A stretch of 64,000 nucleotides of DNA, taken from the NCBI RefSeq assembly GCF_036971445.1, contig NC_091472.1, positions 203,856,001-203,920,000 of the forward strand, read 5' to 3'. The notes under the pieces are model-generated. The model was not told the DNA's origin. It ran no database searches and saw nothing but the letters and a program-made list of their open reading frames with translations. The position numbers and the translations under genes are program-made. This document shows, piece after piece, positions 23,601 through 35,600 of this stretch. Position 1 is the stretch's first letter. Each line of letters opens with the position of its first letter. The DNA is from Narcine bancroftii (lineage: Eukaryota).

Positions 23601-26600
23601 TTATAAGTGGAATTGCAGAGCTGACTGTCAGAAAAGCCATTAGTTTTTTTTTAAATGGTAGAGCAGTCTTGAATCACATTAATCCAAATTATACTCTAAT
23701 CTCCTCTCCCTGGATTCTACCCTCTCCTAGGGAACAATTAGAAACAGTCAATCAACTGCCCAACCTGCATACTTTTGGAATATCAGGAGACACCCTCATA
23801 GTCGCAGGCAGAACATGCAAACTTTGCACAGACAGCACTTGGGTCTCTGGCACTACAAGGTGGCAGCTTGACCAGCAGCACAGCTCTGCTTGTCTCAAGA
23901 AAGTTAGATCAAATGCACGACCCCAAGATTAAGCTCAACCAATTGTACTTGATGGGCTGTGGTCTTTTCCTCCAGGTTCGCGTGTACACCATGTAGAGGT
24001 TAGAATAAGATCCACTTTTGGTGCTCGGAGCAGACCAGTCCAAGGTGATAAACAGAAAATTGTCTAGTTTAATAAATTGCTCTAAAACTATAACCAGAAT
24101 CCATTACAGCGCAAGTGTTATTTTAAAAATTTTCTACTTACCCGAAATCCTAAATCAATTGGCACAAAGGCAGCGTGATCAGCTTCCAGATCCTAGAAAC
24201 AATAAACAAAAATACACATTGTACCAATCTTGAATGCAGAGCCAAAATCTCCACAATAGGCTTTTTGCCAAAAGAATATAGGTGATTCAAGATTTAAATG
24301 TCCTTGTTTCCACACCATTCAAGTGTTAGATATGCTTCACGCACCATTTTTTAAGGGATTTTGCTTTTTTTGAAGATTTAAAAAACATTACAAATGGTTG
24401 GTTTTAAAGCATCAAGTAGAAGGGAAATGGATCTCTTTCTCTCTCCACCGTATCTGTTTCAGAATGTGGTCTTCCCCTCCAAGTCATCGGAATTGTTCTT
24501 TGCTGTCACTGATAAAGTTCACACCTGTATCTCATCCATTTCTCATATAGGCCCTTACCCTACCTCCCCCACCCCGAATCCCTCACTTTCCACGCCAACA
24601 GCTTCCGCATCCCACACATTATCTTCTGATGCTTCAGCCCCATCCTACTGCCAGTCACACCTTTCCCTCCCCGCCCCTATCTTCCTACTGTGGGGACCAG
24701 TCTCTTTAAAATTCGCTGGTCTCCTCTCAAGTCTCGATTCAGCTCACCTTTCCATCCACTGAGGCATTCCCCCCTGCAAATTGCAGAAAGTGCAACATTT
24801 CTCCCTACATTGCCCCCATCAGCACCACCCAAGGCTTCGAGGTGAGGCAGAGCTTTACGTGCATTGTCCAACCTAATCTACTGCACTCAGTGCATCCTTC
24901 TCTAAATCAGTGCGACCAAATACAGACTGGGCGACTGCTTCGCCAAACACCTACGCTCAGTTTATAGTTCTAAACTTGAATTCCAAGTACCCAGCAGCAT
25001 TCCTACACTGACACGTCAGTGTTCCGCCTCATCCACTGACAAGGTGAGGCCAAATATAAACTTGAGGAACAGCACATCATATTCCTCCTGTACACCTTTA
25101 AAACCAGTGGAGTGATCATCTATTTTCCATAATTTTAGGTAATATCCCAATTCCACTGTTTCCATCTCTTCTTGATCTACTCCTGTTCTTATTTTCACCT
25201 CATATAACTTACCCCCCCCACACCCCTTCACCACAGTCTCTCCACCCCTCCCACTTTGTCCGATACCCATCACCTCTTTGCCCCATCCCAAGCTCATTTA
25301 CACCTTGAATACTTCACATCCTACTTTGGTCTCGACCAGGGGTTCCAACCCAAAGACGTTGGATGACCATTTCTACCCAAGGATGAATTCCTTGCCGTTC
25401 ACTCAGAATTCCCGCATCTGTAGTTGGCGTTTCTCAAATGAAGGGTCGTCAAGGAAGAAAGAATAAATTGTGCACAAGTATTAGCCTCGATATGAGGAAA
25501 TACCACCCCCCCACCTCTTCTTCACATTTGTTTAAGAATGCAGATGGGGCTATGGCTTAACATTCTGTCCAAAACTAGCACCACCTTCAACTTTGTACTC
25601 TTAACAGAGATGGCAGCAAAAATGTTGGATCAGTATTTTCATTTGCAAAACATGTTTGTTTTTTTTAAATATACATGAACCAGAAAAAAAAAACCATCTG
25701 GGCAAAAAGTGCCCAAAAACAACAAAAACTTGTTCCATTTCTGACTGAAATACTCTTCCATATTATCCAAATCTGACCATCTCAGAATTACAGTGCAGTT
25801 CCATACCGAGGTGTCTTCAGGCTGGTAATGTCTTTCAGGCTCTTTGTAACCCAAGGGGGCATCAAAATCCACCTACACATTAAAAGGGGAAAATATAAAC
25901 CTTGAACTTATACAATGCCACACAAGTTAAAAACAGATAAATAGGTGGAGCGCACTGATGCATTTTCCAGATAAGTGTTGCATTTTTACAATAGACAACT
26001 GAATTTACTGGGGCTGGGTCTAGTGGAAAAGGAACGCTGTCCGAACGCCAGCGTCAAATGACATTATTTCACGCCAGGAATTAACCATCTCTATTCATAT
26101 CCCTGGCGTTTGCTGACACCAGCATGCTGATAAAACCAATGGAAAAGGGACAGCAGAAAAGTCCCCCGTTTCTAGTTGAAGATGGAACAGTCTGATCCCC
26201 AGGGATGAATGTGTTCAGTGGAAAAGCAATTAGCGTCCCAGCGGAAACAGCAGCAAGGGCTTCCTATCCTGTGACACTGCATAACCAATTAACTGGGATG
26301 CCAGTGGAAAATGGGCTTGTGACACTATCTGATCACCACCCACATTTTATTTCACCAGGCCAATGGCACTCCATTTGTAAGCATAAATCAGTTGAGTTAC
26401 AGAGAAACCCCAGTTGGTACACACATTTCTCAGTAGGTATGGGCACTGAATATTCCCAAGTTGCCTCTGCACCATTGGATTTTGATGAGATCAAAATAAA
26501 GGAAAAGATGAAGTATGATTCTTTCTCTTGCCTGCTTTTCAAAAAAGAAATCTCTTATATAATCCTGAAGTGAGGGAACAGTTGTTCTTGGTCATAACAT

Positions 26601-29600
26601 TTGGTCAATTGTCAGACACTCACCATCGGGATTCACAGATCAATAACAGTGATGTGCATCAAGCATCAATGGCTTAAAAAAAGATCAGTCAAAGATGTCA
26701 GAAAAGATCATCTTGGAGCTTCTAATACCATAATACCAAATACAAACATATTGCAAGGGAAGAACCACTGAAGCGTGGTTGATGTACTGGTTAGCACTGT
26801 CTTTAGAGCACCAGCGATTGGGACTGGACCGAGGTTCAAATCCCACGCCGTCTGTAAGGAGTTTGTACATTCACTAGGTGTCTGTGTGGATTTTCTCCAT
26901 GGACTGGTTTCCTCCCATCGTTCAAAAACATACCGGGGTGTAGGTTAATGAGGTGTAAATTGGGCGCACGGACTTGTGGGATGAAATGGCCTGTTATAGT
27001 CTAAATTTTTTTTAAATTATATATAAACTGCAAGGTTTTATTTCAACCCATAGTTTCTACAGTTTGAACCAGATTTCCATTTCCGCATTGAACAACTGGA
27101 AGTGCCATAATACTTTGGATTTCGATTCTCCCCATGAGCAAGTCACAGAGGATGAAATATATAGGAGATGGTCAAATTATTTTGCTGATGTCTATTATAA
27201 CATCAACTCCTTCAACAAGAGTGACTAGTCAAAAGTTGCATAGAAAAAGCTACTAACCAACTTGATATTCAGGCCTGTGGGAAATTTACCATGCAGATGA
27301 AAGATGACATCTTTGGTGGGAATTAGAGCCATGATCATCCAATGCAGGTTGCATACAACCACAGAATTATGACCAAAACCTTGAAGCCCAGTAATTGATC
27401 CCCCAATGATCCAGTGAATATTAGGGGAAATCAGAGGTGGAGAGGGTGAGCGAATTTAAGTTCTTCGGTGTAAAGGTTAAAACCTTGTGTTTTTAAAGTT
27501 TTAGTTAATATTGCGCTAGTCTTTTGTAGTGTTACCATAGTGACTATGATGTAATATGTCGTAATATCCATGCAGACTAACAACATTCTCATTACTCGAC
27601 AACAAGTAAAGGAAGTGTGAGCATGAGAAAATTTTCTTTGAATTTTTTGTTTCTTTAAATTTGTTTATCTATATTTTCTGTGGATCTCTTTAAAGTTTGA
27701 ACTTTATATGCATTTTTTATCTCTATCATACAGTAAACGCAGCTATTCATTGCCATGAAAGTCTGAATGTGAAGTTATGTAAAATGTTAGTCTGTTTTAT
27801 CAACAAATTAAGGCTACATAAAGTAACAGCCACAGAGTTTGATTTGTTGGATTAAAGAGACAAGAAATTCGGAATATCGTAGCTCATGCTTTTGGAAGAT
27901 GATACTTTAAAATTAAAATATATTAGAATAAGTAAAGTGCCATCTAAATTTGGATCTTGGAGAATCTTTCCTGGACCCAACACACTAATGGCATTGTGAA
28001 GAAAGCACGTCATCACCTCTACTTCCTCAGGAATTTGCGGAGATTTTGTACGAATTTAGAAACCCTGGTAAGTTTCTACAGATGTATGGTGTAAAGTGTG
28101 CTGATTGGCTGCATCATGGTCTGGTGTGGGGGACACCAATACCCCCAAAGGGTAAAGCCCTGCAAAAGGTAGTGGGCACAACCCAGGACCTCATAGGTAA
28201 AACCCTCCCTATCATCGAGGACATCTACAGGGAACTATGCCATTGGAGAGCAGCAGCAATCATCAAGGACCCTCACCACCCAGCACATGCTCTGTTCTCA
28301 CTGCTGCCATCAGGAGAGAGGTATCGGTGCCACAAGACTCGCACCCCCAGGTTCAGGAACAGCAGCTAGCCCTCCCCCATCAGACTCTTCAACAACAAAC
28401 TCAATCAGGGACTCACTTAAGGGCTTTTCATTAAAAAAAAAACTCTCTATATTGCACAGTTCATTTTATTTCTATACTTACATGCATACATGGTGAAGTT
28501 TTTTTTTTAAATGCACTACCAATAAATGGTAATTCTATCTCACCCGCACAATTGTTCGTGATGTCATGTATGTACTCTTAACAATAAATCTGAAATCTAG
28601 CTCTGTACACCACTTGGTGAGCTGACTGACTGCACATTGAGAAGGCAACTCGGCTCCTTCTGTTAGAATACATTCATAAAATTAAATGGAGTGAAACTTA
28701 CATTCATATCACACTCGATGATGGAAACAGCTTTGTCTGGTTTAGTTTCCATGACCCGGAGCTCATAGATCTGAAATACAGAGACACTTCAAAACACCTC
28801 TGTTTTGAATTCAGTCAGGCCAAAGAATAGTACGTTGAATTAAATATTACAACATATATATATTGAGTTTGAAACCAATCAGAATGACTTTATACATTGT
28901 ATGTGGTGAGGGCATGATGTTCAGGCCTGTGGGGAAGAGGCAGTTTCAGCTGGATCACAAAATTTTACTCTATCATCAAGCATCTTCCTCTGGTTGAGTG
29001 GTGACAAATATTATGTATATCAATTCCAAGGTAAACTTGTGGGAGGATATGTACCATCTTGATGTAAGTCGGGACTGTCACAGGAAGAGGAGAGGAGTGA
29101 GGGACATGGGACAGCTGCGAGTGTCAGGAACCAGCTTTGGTGAGTGTATTTAGAAAGGGAGTGCAGGGCAATTTAAGGGTTAAACAGAACAGATGATTGG
29201 TGAATACTACCGATAAGGGGCAGTAACAAATAAAAGAGGGGAAGCTTGAGCAGAGCGGCCAGTGTGAGTGGCTCAGGGTAGGAGCGGGATGTATTGTTGC
29301 TTTGGCTCACGAGGCTTCAGCAAGCTGGTTTCCAGTAAGGCAAGACCATTATATTTCAACTAGGAATAGATAATAGAGACAGTAGCTAGGACAGTAGCAT
29401 GTGAGAATTTTGGGACAGCATAATGGTCCCTGATGACTACACCTGCAAGAGGTGCATCCAGCTGCAGCTCCTTGGAGACCGAGTTAGAGAACTGGAGCTG
29501 GATGAACTCCAGATCAAATGGGAGGTAGAGGTAGTGATAGAGATGAGCTTCATGGAGACAGTCACCCTTGAAAGGCAGGAGGCAGGTAGCTACGTGGCTG

Positions 29601-32600
29601 AGAGGAGAGGGAAGGGGAATAGGCAGACAATGCAGAGGACCCCTGTAGCTGTTCCCCACAATAAGTATGTCAATTTGGATACTGCTGTGGGGACGATCTA
29701 CCAGGTACAAATTGTCACATCTCTGGCACAGAGACTGGCCCCTCGGCTCAGAAGAAAAGGGGGGAGAGGAGGAGAGTGATGGTGATTGGGGACTTGTTGG
29801 TTAGATGAACAGATAGGAGGTTCTGTGAACGAGATCGAAGCTCCCGGATGGCATGTTGCCTTCCAGGTTCCAGGGTCAAGGAAGTCTCTGATTGAGTTCA
29901 CCACATTCTGGAGAGGGAGGGGCAGCAGCCAGATGTCGTGGTCCACGTGAAGACCAATGACATAAGACAGGAGTAGTGATGAGGGAATTTACATGAGGAT
30001 GGACAGGGTTGGAATAGCAAACACCACAGAATGTAGGTGAAAGGAGGAAAGTTTAGTGGAAACATCAGGGGTAAGTCCCTCCTCCACCTCCCACATAGAG
30101 TTGTGGGTGCCCAGAAACCCTTGCCAGGGATGGTGGTGGTGGAGGCTGAGGCTGAAACATTAGAGGCATTTAAGAGAATCTTAGACAGGCACATGGATGG
30201 AAGAAAAATGGAGGTTACGAGGTAGGGAGGGTTTAATAATTTTTTTAAAAACTGAATATATGGGTCAGCACAACATCAAGGGGCGAAGGGTCTGTCCTGT
30301 GCTGTCATGTTTTATATTCTCTGTTTTATTGTAAATTACCTCTATTATGTCCCCAGTGCACATGATTGTGTTAGAGGAAAAAAAAATTTCCTTTAAACCT
30401 CATTGCTGACAATCCATTTCCCCCCACCCAATACGGTTTTTAAACATCTGGTTCAAATTGATAAGATTCCTTTCTCTGCAACTTCCGTCAAATATGCTTG
30501 GCTGTGAATGGCTGTCTTGAAGTTGCATATTTAGTAGAAATCACAAGTGCCGTACTTATGACATTCCTTACCCATTTAACACAGGCCACTCACCTTCTCG
30601 TTGTAGTTGATGGCAATGACATCACCAGTGGTTAAGCAGGCAAAGTTCCTCAAGGCATTTTCTAATCTGTGAGTTTAACGTTAAGAGAAAACACTAACTG
30701 CAGGAGCAGAGCTGAATATTAAATATCAGCAAAATTACCAGCAAACAATTTCAGTGCTGAACTCAATGACAGATTTGTGCTGACACACACAAAAAAGACC
30801 TCAAGGACAATCTCTGGGATAGTTCTGAAGAAGGGACTTTGACCCGAAACAATTCCTCAAAGTTGATCACAGAAAACAGGCCCCTTCAGCCCTCATTTAG
30901 CAGGCAGATGTGGATATATCGATGACTACTGTCCACGGAAGACTTCATGAAACTTAATACTGAGGCTACACTGCAAGATACAAACCAGTTAGCCGTGGAA
31001 ATAGGATGGCCAACTTACAGTGGGCCAAGAATATTTAAAAGGGCCTGCAGGATTCTGGAAAAGTCTGGTGGACAGATGAGACCAAGATTAACCTGGATCA
31101 CAGTGATGGCAAGAGCAAAGTGTGGAGGCATAAAGGAATTGCCCAAGATCCAAAGCATACCACCTCATCTGTGAAACATGGTGTTGGGGGTGTCATGGCC
31201 AGGGTACGATTGGCTGCCAGAGGTACTGGCACATTTATCTTCATTGATGATGCAACTACTAATGGCAACAGCAAAATTAATCTGAGGTGTATAGAAACAT
31301 CTTATCTGCTCATTGAAGCAAAGCCTCAAACTCAGTCATCCCTGGGGGCTCCAGTTTCCTCCCACCATTCAAAACTTACTGGGCGTTATATATCTTCTTT
31401 GGCTTGGCTTCGCGGACGAAGATTTATGGAGGGGGTAAATGTCCACGTCAGCTGCAGGCTCGTTTGTGGCTGACAAGTCCGATGCCGGACAGGCAGACAC
31501 GGTTGCAGGGGAAAATTGGTTGGTTGGGGTTGGGTGTTGGGTTTTTCCTCCTTTGTCTTTTGTCAGTGAGGTGGGCTCTGCAGTCTTCTTCAAAGGAGGT
31601 TGCTGCCCACCGAACTGTGAGGCGCCAAGATGCACGGTTTGAGGCGATATCAGCCCACTGGCGGTGGTCAATGTGGCAGGCACCAAGAGATTTCTTTAAG
31701 CAGTCCTTGTACCTCTTCTTTGGTGCACCTCTGTCACGGTAGCCAGTGGAGAGCTCGCCATATAACACGATCTTGGGAAGGCGATGGTCCTCCATTCTGG
31801 AGACATGGCCCACCCAGCGCAGCTGGATCTTCAGCAGCGTAGACTCGATGCTGTCGGCCTCTGCCATCTCGAGTACTTCGATGTTGGTGATGAAGTCATT
31901 CCAATGAATGTTGAGGATGGAATGGAGACAGCGCTGATGGAAGCATTCTAGGAGCCGTAGGTGATGCCGGTAGAGGACCCATGATTCGAGCCGAACAGGA
32001 GTGTGGGTATGACAACGGCTCTGTATACGCTTATCTTTGTGAGGTTTTTCAGTTGGTTGTTTTTCCAGACTCTTTTGTGTAGTCTTCCAAAGGCGCTATT
32101 TGCCTTGGCGAGTCTGTTGTCTCTTTGTCGATCTTTGCATCAGATGAAATGGTGCAGCCGAGGTAGGTAAACTGGTTGACCGTTTTGAGTTCTGTGTGCC
32201 CGATGGAGATGTGGGGGGGCTGGTGGTCATGGTGGGGAGCTGGCTGATGGAAGACCTCAGTTTTCTTCAGGCTGACTTCCAGGCCAAACATTTTGGCAGT
32301 TTCCGCAAAACAGGACGTCAAGCGCTGAAGAGCTGGCTCTGAATGGGCAACTAAAGCGGCATCGTCTGCAAAGAGAGCTGGCTCTGAATGGACACAGATA
32401 GATTAGGTGTAAAGGGCCCTCTTACTGTGCTGTATGTATAAATTTAGTTTTTTTAAAAACCTTCTAGAAGCATGTATGAAAAGTTCGGTTGGCAGACTTT
32501 TGCAATGCCAGCATCTGCAGATTTTTCATTTACCTTTGTAATATGTTATCTTGGGACTTGAGGAAATTCTCAGTCAAGACAGTAATCCCAAAGATATTGC

Positions 32601-35600
32601 TAAAGCAACAAAGGATCTTATCAAAGGTAAAAACTGGAGAATTCTTGAATGGCCAAGTCAGTCACCTGATCTAAATTCAATTCAATATATGGAAGGCATG
32701 CTCAAGAGAAAACCTGAGGGGACAAGCCACCAAAACAAGCAGGAGCTGAAGACGGCTGCAGTAGAGGCCTGGCAGAGCATTGCCAGAGAAGATACTCTGA
32801 ACCTGGTGATGTTGACGCACTTCAAGCACTCCTTGCATGCAAGGGATATGCGACAAAGTACTAAACATGATTTCTTTTATATACATATTATTGCTATATT
32901 ATGGTGCTCTTAAATGAGCGGACCATGTATAAAATGTGCTGTAATTTCTACATGGTTAAACCAAAAGATATACAAATAACCATGAATAAAATCTGGAAAG
33001 TGCACTTTCTTCTTTCTTTGGCTTGGCTTCGCGGACGAAGATTTATGGAGGGGGTAAAAGTCCACGTCAGCTGCAGGCTCGTTTGTGGCTGACAAGTCCG
33101 ATGCGGGACAGGCAGACACGGTTGCAGCGGTTGCAGGGGAAAATTGGTTGGTTGGGGTTGGGTGTTGGGTTTTTCCTGCACTTTAACCACATGAGAACTG
33201 TTTGATTACAAATTTAAAACTGTGGAACACCAGGGCTAATAATGGGGGGGGAAAAAATCTTTGTCCCACCCAAACATTACGCAATGCACTGCAGTATTCA
33301 CTAAGCTTTCTTCACTACTTGACAGGATTCTTGTTTGTCCACAAAATTGATTGGTTCTTCAACATTAATTTATTCCAAGCATTCACTGCATGCACATGTC
33401 CTCCCCTATTCATCCTCACAAAACTATATCACCTCACCCTCATCAAGATAAAATTACATCTGCCATTGCTCTATCTTTGCATAGTCCAAGATCATACTCA
33501 TCATCAACAGCTCCAGTTTTCATGTTATTTTAGACCAGTGGTTCTCAACCTTTCAGCCCTTGATGTTCATTTTTTTTTTAATTACTAAACCCTCCCTAAG
33601 CAAACAGAATGGCAGGACAACTATATTGATTATAAACACCAGCATGCAATTCTAGCCAAACCACTAAGTCAGATCAAAATAACTAGTTTTGACCGACAGG
33701 GTAGAATTTCCTCAAGTCCCAAGATAATATATTATGAAGGTAAATGAAAAATCTGCAGATGCTGGCATTGCAAAAGTCTGCCAACCGAACTTTTCATACA
33801 TGCTTCGAGAAGGTTTTTAAAAAAAACTACATTTAAACATACAACACAGTAAGAGGCCCTTTCAGCCCATGAACACATGCTGCCCAATTACACCTAATCT
33901 ATCTATAACCCCCAGTAAGTTTCGAATAGTGGGAGGAAACTGGAGCCCCCAGGGAAAACTCACAGACATGGAGCGAGCCCTTATAGACAGCACAGGATTC
34001 GAACCCCGGTCCTGATCACTGGCACGATGTTGCACTAACCACTACGCCAACCCCGCCGCCCTCGGTGTTTTACTTACAACGCAGTAAAGCAGATTCCAGC
34101 CATTGAAACTCATGCCCCCCATACAAGTCACAGGAAAAACTGGATTAGAAACGGGATGCTGGCACCCTAATAGCATCACCCTAACTGTGCCACCCATGTA
34201 TGGTTTGGTTAACAAGCATAACTATTTTGATGCTTGTTTCAAGTGCAACCCTTACCCAGTCTCTTAACATGTTACTTCACTTTTGGTATAATGCAACACA
34301 ATACCACTTGACACAAGTCAACTGCAGTATTCAGTGTCACTGTATGTTGAGGCAACATCACCTTTGGGCATTTCAAACTAGTAGATATCACTTTTCACAA
34401 TGAACTAAAAGGGCAATTTAATACATTTTAACAGAGATTCATCTACACTGTGAATGAATTAATGGTGAATGCCATTAAAAAGGACAAACACCAGAATTAA
34501 AAATGGTAAGTGTGACAACTGCAGAGCCAGGAACCAGTTTCAAACTTCAGATGCTACCTCTTTGACAATGACTGGTCAAAATGCCAAGTATGCTGGATAC
34601 TTCTTGCTTCGAAATCTGAATCACAACAGATCAGTGAAATTAACTCTGGTCTTGAATCTGGACTTTCCTATCAGAGAGCAGCAGCCACTCAAACTCTGCC
34701 CCACAAGGTTGACATTTTAGGGCATTGAAAGATTTACAACAATTTACTGCTACATGCATCTAGTCTTTAAATCCTTATTCAGAAATATTATGTTCAATCA
34801 CACATCTTTCGAAGAGCAAACTAGATCTGCATGGATATCAAATTAATTTGATTACAGAAAGATGAAAGACTGCTTCAGTAGTGTAGATTGGAACTGCATG
34901 ACAGTTAATAAGAAAATCTACAGGAGCTGGGGTCTTGTGCAGCGCACAAAAGTGCTGGAGAATCTCAGCAGGTCACGCAACATCAATATGAAGTAAAAGT
35001 TGGTCAATGTTTTGGGCCTGAGCCCTTGTTCAGGCACGATGACTTCCTTTTACTTATGGATGCTGTGTGACCTGCCAGGTACGTCCAGCACTTTGGTAGA
35101 CAAACTATTTCCATACAGTAAACCCACTGGTATCTGGCAACTATAGGGATTGGAAGATCCCAGATAAGTGAATTTGCCGGATGCTTGAGGCAGCGTGTAG
35201 TGTGATTGGCGAACTAAATGCTTGTGTGCACCAATTTTAAACTTTCATATTTTTATCTATTTACTTTCAGTGATTTTTTTTGTTGGTTGCTTGAATTCCA
35301 GATAACAGGGATTTTACTATAAATAGAAGCTCCCTTCCCTAATCTCCATGAAGAAGAAAAAAAAAATAAAACAGCAAGGTAAATACAATTCTGAAAGCTT
35401 CTTCTCCATGGTCCACAGGTAATCAAACTCCAACCGGAAAGTCAAAGCAGCTTTTGAAGTACTAAAAGGATACACGGCTTTGGGATTGGTGATATCGAGG
35501 AAGTCTGGAGCCTGTGGCTGAAACTTGGAATAAGTGGCAACCATGAGGTTTACACTCTCCACCTGGACCAGGCCCCCCTCCTCCAGAAGCAAATTCTGCA

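Larger units (their letters stand above)
30900..33290 (+). mobile_element. Tc1-like DNA transposon remnant, disrupted by nested insertions
   Basis: [32 protein letters not shown] (30900-31330) and QDSNPKD...[14 protein letters not shown] (32570-33000). Ends ...GCACTG at ~33290. Confidence 0.8.
30667..35473 (-). other. UFD1: U12-type (minor spliceosome) GT-AG intron, UFD1 intron 5
   Basis: 5' splice site GTATCCTTTT (35473-35464). Branch-like TTTTCTCTTAAC lies about 13 nt before the AG, with no long pyrimidine tract. Confidence 0.9.

Noticed and set aside
23501-23612. 57-bp tandem duplication
   Set aside because: A simple two-copy local duplication in a repeat remnant with no sign of function.
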